A DNA stretch of 64,000 nucleotides from an uncultured archaeon (GTDB lineage: Archaea > Aenigmatarchaeota > Aenigmatarchaeia > CG10238-14 > SCSR01), in contig CAZEGD010000004.1 in assembly GCA_964512235.1 (NCBI GenBank), positions 33,557 to 97,556 of the forward strand, in the 5' to 3' direction. Both the position numbers and the translations under genes were made by a program. Shown one piece after another: positions 29,198 through 38,979 of the stretch; position 1 is the first letter of the stretch; each line of letters begins with the position of its first letter. The notes below the pieces were generated by a model that did not search any database, was not told where the DNA came from, and saw only the letters and a program-made list of their open reading frames with translations.

Positions 29198-31075
29198 ATG
29201 GTAGTAGTGGAAATAGTTAAAAAAGTAAAAGCAGCACTGCCAAAAGAAGTGATAAGCAGGGTAGAGTTGGAAGGCTCAGAGATAATTGTATACACGGGTG
29301 ATGAAGAATTCTTTAAGGCTCATGAGGAAGCTGTACGAGCAGTTGTCAGCCAGATAAAGAAAAGGATAGAAGTCAGGCCAGAGAGTAATCTCACTAAAGA
29401 GAAGAAGTATACAGAAGAAAAGATAAAAGAGATAGTGCCTGAAGGCGCTAAAATCCATGAAATCTATTTCGAGCCGGAACGTAGCCTAGTCATAATTGTA
29501 GCAGAGAAGCCAGGATTGGTCATAGGCAGGGGCGGTGATACTTTCCGTAAGATCCGCTCAGAAACAATGTGGGTTCCAAGAATAGAGCGCGTACCTTCTA
29601 TAAAGTCCGATGTCATCAATGGCATACGCAAGATGCTTCATAAGGAAGTGAAGTTCCGCAAGAGGTTTTTGAATAGGGTAGGCAAGAACATCTTTGGCGA
29701 GCGCGAAGCAAAGCGCACTTGGATACGGGCTATAGCTTTGGGTGGCTTTCGGGAAGTTGGCCGTAGCTGCATGCTACTGGAGACACCAAAGTCAAAAGTG
29801 CTTGTAGAGTGCGGCGTGAATGTCGGCGGTACGGGCAGTGACATGTACCCATACTTGAACACTAAAGAGTTTGACTATAGTGAGCTTGATGCAATCATAT
29901 GTTCGCATGCGCACTTAGACCACTTGGGATGCGTGCCTATGCTTTACGAGTATGGCTATGACGGCCCGCTGTATTTGACAACGCCCACTGTAGACATGGC
30001 CACGTTGCTGTGGCTGGATTTCATAGACGTCATGCAGCGCAACGCTGCCAAGCCTTTGTTCACGGCAAAGGGAGTAAAAGAAGCACTCAAGCATTGCATA
30101 CCGCTCGAGTATGGAGAGGTGTCGGACGTAGCGCCAGATGTTAGGCTTACGTTTCAGAACTCCGGTCATATACTGGGATCTGCACTCATACATCTGCACA
30201 TAGGGGAAGGCATGCACAATATAGTATGGGCTGTCGACATGAAGTTTGCACGCACCACCCTACTTGACCCAGCTTTCACGGATTTCCAACGCGTTGAGAC
30301 GCTTTTCATCGAGTCAACATATGGCGGGAATGAAAACTTGATGCCGCATAGGCAAGAGTCGGAAATGGAATTGATGGAGATAGTCAACAGGACTATGGAG
30401 CGCGGAGGCACTGTACTGATACCAAGCTTTGCAGTAGAGCGTGCGCAGGATGTCATGGCAATACTAGTGCGCAATGGCTTCCAGCATCCAGTATTTGTAG
30501 ACGGTATGATATGGGATGCTACAGGCATATTTACCGCTTATCCCGAGTATTTGTCTAGGCATGTGCAGAGACTGATATTCAACGGAGAGGACCCTTTCCT
30601 CAGCAAGATATTCAAACGCATAGCCTCGCCTAGCGAGAGGGAGAAGTCATGGGAAACCAAGCCATCAGTCATAATTTCAACAAGCGGTATGCTTGTCGGT
30701 GGGCCGGTATTAAGCCACTTGGAAGCTCTTGCCGAAGACGAAAAGAATACAATACTCTTCGTAGGCTATCAAGGAGAGGGCACACTAGGCAGGAGGATAC
30801 AGAAAGGCTGGAAAGAGATACCAATGAAAATGAATAATGGAAGAACTGTAACACTAAAACTGCAGATGAATGTAGAGACAATAGAAGGATTGAGCGGACA
30901 CAGTGACCGCAACCAACTCGTCAATTTCATCGGGCAATTAAAAGACAAGCCAGACAGAGTAGTCGTCTGTCATGGCGAGCCTAAAAGAACGATAGAACTT
31001 GCAAGAACGATTCACAAGCTATTTCATACAGAGACAGTATCGCCTAAGAATTTGGAATCAGTGAGATTGAGATAA
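29198..31075 (+). CDS. aCPSF1-type beta-CASP ribonuclease with N-terminal KH domains
   Basis: KH region GLVIGRGGDTFRKI, metallo-beta-lactamase motif HAHLDHLG, and beta-CASP region with C-terminal HGE. Start set to ATG 29198; the track start is TTG 29177. Confidence 0.9.
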   Translation: MVVVEIVKKVKAALPKEVISRVELEGSEIIVYTGDEEFFKAHEEAVRAVVSQIKKRIEVRPESNLTKEKKYTEEKIKEIVPEGAKIHEIYFEPERSLVIIVAEKPGLVIGRGGDTFRKIRSETMWVPRIERVPSIKSDVINGIRKMLHKEVKFRKRFLNRVGKNIFGEREAKRTWIRAIALGGFREVGRSCMLLETPKSKVLVECGVNVGGTGSDMYPYLNTKEFDYSELDAIICSHAHLDHLGCVPMLYEYGYDGPLYLTTPTVDMATLLWLDFIDVMQRNAAKPLFTAKGVKEALKHCIPLEYGEVSDVAPDVRLTFQNSGHILGSALIHLHIGEGMHNIVWAVDMKFARTTLLDPAFTDFQRVETLFIESTYGGNENLMPHRQESEMELMEIVNRTMERGGTVLIPSFAVERAQDVMAILVRNGFQHPVFVDGMIWDATGIFTAYPEYLSRHVQRLIFNGEDPFLSKIFKRIASPSEREKSWETKPSVIISTSGMLVGGPVLSHLEALAEDEKNTILFVGYQGEGTLGRRIQKGWKEIPMKMNNGRTVTLKLQMNVETIEGLSGHSDRNQLVNFIGQLKDKPDRVVVCHGEPKRTIELARTIHKLFHTETVSPKNLESVRLR

Positions 31076-31079
31076 ATTT

Positions 31080-32390
31080 CTAATACGGATATCCTATTCC
31101 AAAGTCTAGTTTATACAATTCAAGAACGTCCATCTCATAGACGTTCACGAATGAAGTCACATAGCCTACGCGGAGGTCTGTAATGGTTGCTGCTTTTTCT
31201 TTGTTGCTCGCCCATAGCAAGAGTGATATGATTAAATTCTTTAAGTCATCACCAACACCCAAACCATCTTCTGTGAAGTTCGCTATCCATGCAGTTCTCC
31301 AGCTAGAAGCGTTATTCAATACCACACCACAAGCTTTCTCTGGTGCTACATTCGTCCTAATGACAAAAGCACGGCTGTAATCATCATCGCTTGGCTTTAT
31401 GCTCTCTATTCCAGTCTCTTGGATGAAGTCTACAAATTCATACTCAGTACTCTCGAAAGCAATTCTGACTTGGTCTGCAGAATCTACGTATGCAATCCGA
31501 AAGTCGAAACCATCTATTGTAAATTCATCGCCAGCATACAATGCTCCCGTATTCTCTTCACCATCACCATTTGTATCAAAATAGACGCTAGTACTGTCAC
31601 ATACCCAGAACTGCCGGTTGAGCTCGCGGACTGTAAAGCTTCCAGTCATGTTGGACTGTGTACATTTCGATGTTGTCTCACCTGCAGCATCAGCTGAAAG
31701 ACGGTATGGTAAGTTATAAAAGAGTTTGTAGGTTTGATAGGTCAATTGGTTGCCTGTATCTGGTTTCACAATGAGATTAACATCATTCCCCCATTCTATG
31801 CCATTATCTATGCCGAATATGTCCCTCTGTACATCACCTACGTCTGCAAAGAAATCCATTACTTCAACAATCCCACCACCTGCAATCAAATAATCTTCAA
31901 TCTGCAAGCGATAACTGGACAAATCTATATTGTCACTCCATATGACTAAAACATCAGAAGGTATTATAGAATCCAGAGTGGACTGATAGACAATAAATTC
32001 TATAGGCCGGCCGTTGATTCTGACGCCAAGAAGCCAACTGTTCAACGCATCTATTTGATTATTGTCGCATACGCACGAAATTCTTACTGTGTTTTTCACA
32101 GCGTCTTTTGTATTGGACCATGTTATCAAACTTGATTCTGAAAATATTGTTGCGAGAAAATCGTCGAAAGAATTGCTGTCAAACGAGTATTCATACGTCC
32201 TTCCAATACCGTCTACTGTAAATGCCACATCCCTTCCCCTGAGAAGCAATTGCGCAGAGTCCCATTCAGATTTATAACTGAGACCTGGAAAGAGGGCAGC
32301 AAATGCTGTGATAAGTACCACAGACACAATTATCAATTCCAAGATGTTGATAAACCCTTTGCACTTCTTTGACTTTAACAATCCAATCAC
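31080..32390 (-). CDS. Large (about 436 aa) protein with a prepilin-like N-terminus
   Basis: N-terminus ..KSKKCKG|FINILELIIVSVVLITAFAALF (basic stretch, Gly, hydrophobic helix). The GTG start overlaps the upstream stop (GTGA). Confidence 0.6.
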   Translation of the reverse strand: MIGLLKSKKCKGFINILELIIVSVVLITAFAALFPGLSYKSEWDSAQLLLRGRDVAFTVDGIGRTYEYSFDSNSFDDFLATIFSESSLITWSNTKDAVKNTVRISCVCDNNQIDALNSWLLGVRINGRPIEFIVYQSTLDSIIPSDVLVIWSDNIDLSSYRLQIEDYLIAGGGIVEVMDFFADVGDVQRDIFGIDNGIEWGNDVNLIVKPDTGNQLTYQTYKLFYNLPYRLSADAAGETTSKCTQSNMTGSFTVRELNRQFWVCDSTSVYFDTNGDGEENTGALYAGDEFTIDGFDFRIAYVDSADQVRIAFESTEYEFVDFIQETGIESIKPSDDDYSRAFVIRTNVAPEKACGVVLNNASSWRTAWIANFTEDGLGVGDDLKNLIISLLLWASNKEKAATITDLRVGYVTSFVNVYEMDVLELYKLDFGIGYPY

Positions 32391-32917
32391 CAAGTCTGTA
32401 TTGTCAGTTCGCCATAATTTCCAGAGCTAAGTGCGACAAGTCTTCTAATACTTCCCACACTCGGTCCAGTCGTTATTGTTGGAGGTGAACAATCTAGCAA
32501 AACAATATCGGTTGAGCTGTCTTTGACGATTATAGAAATTTGATAGTCTTCTGGGTCAATGCCAAGTCTGTCTGCTACATCCGTATAGTCTGAGTTGCAT
32601 ATTGAATCTAGTGCAACAGTCTTGTCTACAGAGAGAAAATTTGTTTTAATACCCTCTGAAAGCCCGAAACGCTTTACATCACCTGGAGCTATTGTATGCC
32701 AATCCGCAGGCTCGCCGACATTGTTTATTAAAAGTTCTGACAACTGATAAGTTTCGGATTTTATATACTCTTCATGGACAGCTCTTAGATATGCTGGAGT
32801 TTGCTGCATGAGCTGAAATGCGATATATGAAGCTAAAGTAATGAAAAGAGTTATTGAGACTATATACTCTACATTTATCTGCCCCTTTTTATTTTCACAT
32901 AGCAATCCATTCAACAA
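32387..32917 (-). CDS. Prepilin-like protein (class III signal peptide)
   Basis: N-terminus ..ENKKGQ|INVEYIVSITLFITLASYIAF. TTG start, so the exact start is uncertain. Confidence 0.55.
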   Translation of the reverse strand: MLNGLLCENKKGQINVEYIVSITLFITLASYIAFQLMQQTPAYLRAVHEEYIKSETYQLSELLINNVGEPADWHTIAPGDVKRFGLSEGIKTNFLSVDKTVALDSICNSDYTDVADRLGIDPEDYQISIIVKDSSTDIVLLDCSPPTITTGPSVGSIRRLVALSSGNYGELTIQTW

Positions 32918-32920
32918 CTC

Positions 32921-33862
32921 TCACACTCCAAGCACACCTAAGCGTAGGAGGACGCTAAACGCGCCAAATGTTATACCTACCAGTATTATGCTATGCTTAA
33001 AACCAGCCAGTATTGAACTCTCACTTATTTGGCCAGCAATCAGGCCGGAGAAGAACGATTGAATGATGCTCATGAAGAAGAAGAGCGATATGTAATACGC
33101 ACCTATTACAGTCGGATCTTCTATTCCAAATATCCATGTAGACGTAGCTTCAAAGAGGCCGCAGACTGAGCACTCAAATCCGCCACATGACATGCAGGGG
33201 TTGCTTACGCCAAGTACACTTCCCTCTACCTCTCCACCAACTTCGAATATTGGTATCATGAGATTGTTTATAGCTATGACAATAATGATGAATATCAATG
33301 ATATCGCATACATCATAAGTACGTACTGGTTGAGGAGAGACTTCCTCTCCTTTTCTGAATCTGAAAGTATATTTGAATTGTCGGCGATAGAATCCATCGT
33401 AGCTACGAGATCGCCTCCCGAAACCCTAGCCTCCCGCAGTATCCTTGCTGATGTGAAAAGCCTCTTGCTGCTCCTGACACGGTCTGAGAACTGGCTAAGC
33501 ACTTCGTCTATTGGTAGACCCCAACTCAACTGGTTGCTCATCTTTTCCACTTCATCCGACAATTTACCATAGTCTATCCCGCTAGCCATTGTTATGGCCT
33601 TATGGAGTGGCATACCAGATCGCAGCGCTTCTATAATGTCCCTAAGAAAAAGAGGCAAACGGTCTTCCATTTCCCTTATTCTCCTATACTTTTCGTAACG
33701 TATGAGAAATTGTGGAATGGCTATGATAAGCGCGGCGAGGATTACGGCATTGCCAATAATGCCAACATCTCCAATTAGCATGCCTATAATGATAAAGATT
33801 GCAGCTACCGCTATGGAGATTAGGAGAATCTTCCACCCACCAACTAATCTTAGATCAACCAT
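32921..33862 (-). CDS. T2SS-F domain membrane platform protein (TadC-like)
   Basis: LPLFLRDIIEALRSGMPLHKAI and LSQFSD..LFTSARILREA..GGDL are T2SSF features, with TM helices at both ends. ATG 33862 lies directly after the upstream stop. Confidence 0.75.
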   Translation of the reverse strand: MVDLRLVGGWKILLISIAVAAIFIIIGMLIGDVGIIGNAVILAALIIAIPQFLIRYEKYRRIREMEDRLPLFLRDIIEALRSGMPLHKAITMASGIDYGKLSDEVEKMSNQLSWGLPIDEVLSQFSDRVRSSKRLFTSARILREARVSGGDLVATMDSIADNSNILSDSEKERKSLLNQYVLMMYAISLIFIIIVIAINNLMIPIFEVGGEVEGSVLGVSNPCMSCGGFECSVCGLFEATSTWIFGIEDPTVIGAYYISLFFFMSIIQSFFSGLIAGQISESSILAGFKHSIILVGITFGAFSVLLRLGVLGV

Positions 33863-33863
33863 C

Positions 33864-34733
33864 TTACTCACCAGTCGGAGATATAGACCTTATCAAAAAA
33901 ATGAATAACGTAGATATCAATGGCAAAAAGACAAAGATTAGAAAGAACTGTAATAATATTGTGTCACTCCCACCACCACCTAAGCCCGACATTATTGCAG
34001 TCAAGATTGTAAAGAATATCGCACCAAGCACGATTGTAGTGAGGTATACCTCTATGTATACAGTGAGCTGGTGAGAGAACTCATAGAGCTTCCTTCTATA
34101 TTCATTCATGTAGCTTCTAGCCTTCTCTTTCAGATACATGTTTACATCACCGCCTGATCTCATAGTGGAGAGCATGCCCCAAAGCAGCTCTCTGAAGTTC
34201 TTTGATGTGGCCCTGTCCACTGCCCGTTCAAGCGCGGTGTTTATATCTATGCCAAACATATCCACGTCGTTTGTAATTGCCTCGATTTCTTTGGTTATCT
34301 GGCCATATTCGCTGAACTTTGCAAAGAGTTTGAATATCTTGTCAATCGAGAGCTTAGTGCTTGCCACTGTTGAAAGATAGAGTGATGCAAACGGCAGATA
34401 GTTGTCCACATCCTTGCCCTTCTGCGATATTATCGTCTGTGGATAGTATGTAAAAAGAAAAAATGCACCCACTGCGGCTAAGATGGAAAGCGTAAATGCA
34501 GTGATAAGACTGAATATGACCGTCTTGATTAAAAGAGCTAATACAAGCGACAGGATAGGAAGAGCGACTATGAAGGTTATCATACTTGCCAAGAGCGCCA
34601 TGCTCAAAAATTCCTGCAGAGATATTTTCATCTTTGCCTTTTTGATATTGACTTTCAATTCTGAGAAGTGCGGTGCAATATTTTCTATATGTTCTCCAAA
34701 AATCCTATAAGCAAGTCTTCTGTAAGATCCCAT
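33864..34733 (-). CDS. T2SS-F domain membrane platform protein (TadB-like)
   Basis: LPFASLYLSTVASTKLSIDKIFKLFA...ALERAVDRATSKNFRELLWGMLSTMRSGGD, with flanking TM helices. Start set to ATG 34733. Confidence 0.7.
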   Translation of the reverse strand: MGSYRRLAYRIFGEHIENIAPHFSELKVNIKKAKMKISLQEFLSMALLASMITFIVALPILSLVLALLIKTVIFSLITAFTLSILAAVGAFFLFTYYPQTIISQKGKDVDNYLPFASLYLSTVASTKLSIDKIFKLFAKFSEYGQITKEIEAITNDVDMFGIDINTALERAVDRATSKNFRELLWGMLSTMRSGGDVNMYLKEKARSYMNEYRRKLYEFSHQLTVYIEVYLTTIVLGAIFFTILTAIMSGLGGGGSDTILLQFFLIFVFLPLISTLFIFLIRSISPTGE

Positions 34734-34783
34734 CACATGCACCAGTTATAAGTTTGATAAACTCAAACAAACATTCTTTATTG

Positions 34784-36544
34784 TCAATCCAGCATTGCTG
34801 CCAATGTTTCTTGCGGATTGGTGTAATAAGCATTGATAACTTTGCTTACGTCAATATAGTTGTTTATATTGTTTTCCTTCATCCACTTCATTACTAGCAT
34901 CCTTCTTTCCAATTCGTCTATAACATCCTTCTCTTTTAAGCCACCCTGATCAGCTACCTTTTTCAGCGCTATGCTCTTACCGACAACATCAAACTTGTCA
35001 GTGGTTGAGTTCCATCTGAATACTGTATTGACTATTGGCTTGCCTGCTTTCGAATCGTATTTTATCATCTCAGTTATTTCTGTCACCCGGCGGATAAATT
35101 TCCCCCTATACCTCATCCTGCCGAGGAATACAATTAAATCTAGACTTCCAAGGAGAGTAGGCGGAAGGCTTATCGGCGGCGTAGTCAACCTGTCCATAAG
35201 TTTTGGTATGTTTTCAGCGTGTATAGTCGCTAGAGACGGGTGGCCAGTAGCCATCTGCTGGAAGAGTATGTAGGCTTCCGGGCCGCGCACTTCACCAACT
35301 ATGATGTAATCCGGTCTCTGCCTCAAGCTCTCTTTCAGTAGATCGAATAAATCAACCTCACCCCTCTTTTCTCCCTTGCCTATGGAAACTCTCGCTACAG
35401 TAGGCACCCAGTGTGGATGTGGCAATCGTAGCTCAGCTGTATCCTCCATGCTAATTATCTTTTTGTCCGGGCGGATGAAGAGTGAAAGGACGTTGAGCAG
35501 AGTAGTCTTGCCAGAGGCCGTACCGCCTGGGACGAGTATGCTTTTCCCATTATCTACCATAAACCACAAAAATGCCGCAGTCTTTATGTCTAGAGTGTTG
35601 TAGTGCATGAGATGCGTGGGTGTAAGTGGAGTTTTAGTGAACTTTCTTATTGTGAAGTTGCTGCCTCGTCTTGCAATGTCTGTGGCAAGTGTAGCCTGTA
35701 GCCTGCTGCCATCGGGCAGTGACCCATCTATAAGCGGTGTTGCGACTGAAATTGACTTGCCGCAAAGCTGTGAAAGCCTTGTAACAAAAGAATCGAGTTC
35801 TTCCATTTCTTTGAAGACCACATTTGTCATCACTGAAGCAACCTTTGGCTCGCGATGGAATATAAAGACTGGTATGCCAACACCATCACAGCTTATATCC
35901 TCTATGTTCGGGTCCTGCATAATCGGTTCTATCCTGCCGAGACCGATGAAATCACGTTCTATGTAATATTGAATTATCTGTTTCTCAGCTCTACTCACTT
36001 GGAGCCCAAAATATTCTACAATTTCCCTTATCTGCTTTTGCAGGTAATCTCTCACTTCAATTTTTTTCAATTTTGAAAAATCCACATCCAACCTTTGCTC
36101 AAGAAGCTCCTTTATCTTTGTAATCATACTTGAAAGCTTCTTTGTGAGGTGTGGCTCGGTTACTTGATAGACATAACCATACCGGTTAGGGTCCCAGAAG
36201 ATCTTTGCGTAGGCATATACAGGCTCATTCTTTTTCGGTTTAGGCGGTATAAGCGGATAAGCACCAGAGTATATTTCCTTCTCGATTTTTGATTTGATTT
36301 TTGAAACTCTTACCCTTCGTTTTTTGAACTCCGGTATTTCAAATCCCTCTAGTTCTGCTTTTAGTTCTGCCTCTTTTTTCTTGTCCTCTGGTTCTATGAG
36401 TCTAAGTGCACCCGTTACTTCAATTGGTCCCCTTTGTTTGACTGGAATTAGTTGCCCAGCTTTCACAGGCAAATCTTCCTCCCCAGACATCAATGACTTG
36501 TACCCAAGGACCAACCTCTTCACAACTCTAGTTCCCACATTCAT
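34784..36544 (-). CDS. Type II/IV secretion-family ATPase (FlaI/TadA/VirB11-like)
   Basis: Walker A PGGTASGKTTLLNVL, IISMEDTAEL, DYIIVGEVRGPEA and ATGHPSLATIHA. Start set to ATG 36544. Confidence 0.9.
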   Translation of the reverse strand: MNVGTRVVKRLVLGYKSLMSGEEDLPVKAGQLIPVKQRGPIEVTGALRLIEPEDKKKEAELKAELEGFEIPEFKKRRVRVSKIKSKIEKEIYSGAYPLIPPKPKKNEPVYAYAKIFWDPNRYGYVYQVTEPHLTKKLSSMITKIKELLEQRLDVDFSKLKKIEVRDYLQKQIREIVEYFGLQVSRAEKQIIQYYIERDFIGLGRIEPIMQDPNIEDISCDGVGIPVFIFHREPKVASVMTNVVFKEMEELDSFVTRLSQLCGKSISVATPLIDGSLPDGSRLQATLATDIARRGSNFTIRKFTKTPLTPTHLMHYNTLDIKTAAFLWFMVDNGKSILVPGGTASGKTTLLNVLSLFIRPDKKIISMEDTAELRLPHPHWVPTVARVSIGKGEKRGEVDLFDLLKESLRQRPDYIIVGEVRGPEAYILFQQMATGHPSLATIHAENIPKLMDRLTTPPISLPPTLLGSLDLIVFLGRMRYRGKFIRRVTEITEMIKYDSKAGKPIVNTVFRWNSTTDKFDVVGKSIALKKVADQGGLKEKDVIDELERRMLVMKWMKENNINNYIDVSKVINAYYTNPQETLAAMLD

Positions 36545-36643
36545 TATATACACCACTTTTCATAGCCAATACCCTAGCTTCACCTATCTATAATTTATTT
36601 TGGGGTTTATTTAGGATTAAATTTAATGATTATCGACGAGGTT

Positions 36644-37087
36644 TTAATTTTTTGACGAAAGATTCAGTTCATTCCGACTTTTGTCATAAATTAAGCTCAT
36701 CGTTATTATGGAGGGTGCACTGCCATCAAGCTGCAGCGACTCGTTTAGGTCGTGCAGTGACGATGTGAACGTCCTGAATTTGGGCGCTGTTGAAGTCTCT
36801 ATACCTTCGCTGCTAAAGACCACTTCTGTGAAATAGCCGGCGGATATGTTGAAGATGTTAACTTTGCTTTCGATTACATCGCATTCCATGCATCCTACAG
36901 AGGATACAGCCGTAGAAGTCAAATAACTGCTTGTAAGCTTCAATGAAGCAATTGCAACATCCCCTCTAAATATATCGCTACGCATCTTGAATAGTGAGCC
37001 CACTCCAATGAATACTCCAAACCCGATTAGGAAAAACAATACGAACTGAATTATTACAGATTGCGCTTTAGACCTCTTTTTAAACAT
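36644..37087 (-). CDS. Prepilin-like protein (class III signal peptide)
   Basis: MFKKRSKAQ|SVIIQFVLFFLIGFGVFIGVG. The ATG is adjacent to the upstream stop. Confidence 0.6.
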   Translation of the reverse strand: MFKKRSKAQSVIIQFVLFFLIGFGVFIGVGSLFKMRSDIFRGDVAIASLKLTSSYLTSTAVSSVGCMECDVIESKVNIFNISAGYFTEVVFSSEGIETSTAPKFRTFTSSLHDLNESLQLDGSAPSIITMSLIYDKSRNELNLSSKN

Positions 37088-37747
37088 CTACTCAAAAAGA
37101 ATTTTCACTTCTGTGGTAATTAATCTTTTGCTGCCTTGCGTTATAGTTTGTACATCGCCTCGGCTGATTCTTATGGATTTTCCTGTAGAAATCAGAGGAC
37201 CGCCCTCCCGCCTGACAAGATTTATCTTATAGCCTCTTGTCCCGCTACTTTCATCTATCTCTCTAAACCACATCCTATACGTTATATTATAATTTACCCC
37301 AGTGGAGTCCGCACGCGCACAGACAACACTTCCCTCATCTATTCCTAGAACACCAATTTCAGGAGGGCATGTCCCTCCATCCGTAAACGATATCCAATCC
37401 ATATCCACACCTATGTTAGACACCTTAGAAGCTATCATAAACTCTATGGAATTATTCTCCTCTCCACTACCATCATATTCATTCAGCGTCCACAATCCAT
37501 CTATGTTGGAATAAAAAGTCTTCTCCCCACCGTTGTTCGCCACGTCTTCAATCATTCTAGGCAGGGAATTCACATTGGTTCCATCAAAATAGCTGTCCAT
37601 CCTGTCTACAACAGTCCGTCCTTGCTGCTTCTCTATAAGGGGAATCCCCCACATGTATGCCGTACCGACTAGGCCTATGGCTATGACTACGAGTATAACG
37701 GCTGAAATGATGTCACCTTGTCCCTTTCTACCGGCGAACATACTCAT
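37088..37747 (-). CDS. Prepilin-like protein (class III signal peptide)
   Basis: MSMFAGRKGQ|GDIISAVILVVIAIGLVGTAYMW. First gene of the pilus-like cluster. Confidence 0.65.
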   Translation of the reverse strand: MSMFAGRKGQGDIISAVILVVIAIGLVGTAYMWGIPLIEKQQGRTVVDRMDSYFDGTNVNSLPRMIEDVANNGGEKTFYSNIDGLWTLNEYDGSGEENNSIEFMIASKVSNIGVDMDWISFTDGGTCPPEIGVLGIDEGSVVCARADSTGVNYNITYRMWFREIDESSGTRGYKINLVRREGGPLISTGKSIRISRGDVQTITQGSKRLITTEVKILFE

Positions 37748-37825
37748 ATTATTCCTTTAGTTTTTCTAATGCTTTAATTTATAGATATTATGGCTCTTAT
37801 CAATTACCATAAAGAGAAGCATCGT

Positions 37826-38299
37826 CTATTGTTGAACTGTCCTTGACGGTGGGAACAGTCTCCGCATAGGCGGCTTCATTTTAGACTTTCTAAGTTTATC
37901 GCTAAGCTCGTCTACGGACTCGAGCATGGATTGCGTACCTTCTGCTACCTTCTTGTTACTCTCAATCAATGCATCCATCTTCTCCAACATCGGCTTTAAC
38001 GACTCGGTGGGCGATGACTCTTCAACGGCAGAAGCTTTGATAAATGACAGAAGCTCATTGAGATGGCTTATCAATTCGTCGAGCTTTGCAGGCAGCTTTG
38101 ATATCTCTATTCGCAATGCATCGTCTGCTTTGGCAATCTCATCCACTATCTGCTGGTTCATCCTCACCATTTCTACAATTTCTTTAAAGAAATCTCTGGT
38201 ATCCATACCAGGACTGTCTTCCATCTTTCTCATTCTCTTTTCCAATCTGCGTATGGGAGACATAGGAATAAGTTCGTACTCTTCATCATCCTTTGGCAT
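37826..38299 (-). CDS. Hypothetical coiled-coil protein
   Basis: 157 aa with an ATG start, heptad-rich and acidic. Lies immediately upstream of the pilus-like cluster on the same strand. Confidence 0.5.
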   Translation of the reverse strand: MPKDDEEYELIPMSPIRRLEKRMRKMEDSPGMDTRDFFKEIVEMVRMNQQIVDEIAKADDALRIEISKLPAKLDELISHLNELLSFIKASAVEESSPTESLKPMLEKMDALIESNKKVAEGTQSMLESVDELSDKLRKSKMKPPMRRLFPPSRTVQQ

Positions 38300-38352
38300 A
38301 ATAACTATTTGGCTTGAGAAGCTAATAAAAGTTTATAGTTTAGACCGATATT

Positions 38353-38946
38353 TTAACCGTCAGAAGTATTGAATAACTCTGCTACCCTTCTATTAAAAAT
38401 CTTGTCTTTGTCTTCAATCCTGTAGAATGTTTGTTCGTCTGTTTTACCGCCGATTAATTCAAGACGCAGATAGAGATAAAAGAATTCAGTGATCATTTCA
38501 TCAACATACACTTCATACCCCATCTCTCTTGCACATTTTGCAAATTTGGTGACACAATCATTCAGTGCAAAACCACCGACTATTAGTTTACTGTGTGGTT
38601 CTAAGTCTAACTTCTCTTCCACAGCTCTGACAACCCTATCCCAAGTGATAGGTATGTGTGGACTTTCTACTGGTGTAAAATCTGACACTAAAACATCTTT
38701 TTCGTCGGTGTGTAGCCTAGTCGTGAGTAATGATATGTCATATTCTCCATTCGATTTTGAATCTAATTTTGGAGGCAGCACTATGGCTCTATGATAACCG
38801 TCGTATTTAGAAAATATTTTCTGCAACATCTCTTCTAATTTTTCGATAGTATACCCATTATTTTCTGCAGTAAATTTCACATTTCTCTCGCGGAAATATA
38901 CAAACCCCTCTAAGGGATGAACTATAACAACTTTTACATCTTCCAT
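38353..38946 (-). CDS. Hypothetical protein
   Basis: 197 aa with an ATG start. Only a weak resemblance (LIVGGFALNDCV) to isochorismatase-like folds, which is not enough to call. Confidence 0.45.
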   Translation of the reverse strand: MEDVKVVIVHPLEGFVYFRERNVKFTAENNGYTIEKLEEMLQKIFSKYDGYHRAIVLPPKLDSKSNGEYDISLLTTRLHTDEKDVLVSDFTPVESPHIPITWDRVVRAVEEKLDLEPHSKLIVGGFALNDCVTKFAKCAREMGYEVYVDEMITEFFYLYLRLELIGGKTDEQTFYRIEDKDKIFNRRVAELFNTSDG

Positions 38947-38979
38947 ACTACGACTATCAAGAAAAACATTTAAATGACT

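Noticed and set aside
38353-38946. An isochorismatase/cysteine-hydrolase assignment for the 197-aa protein.
   Set aside because: It rests on a single weak resemblance (GGFALNDCV). The other catalytic motifs were not recognisable by eye.
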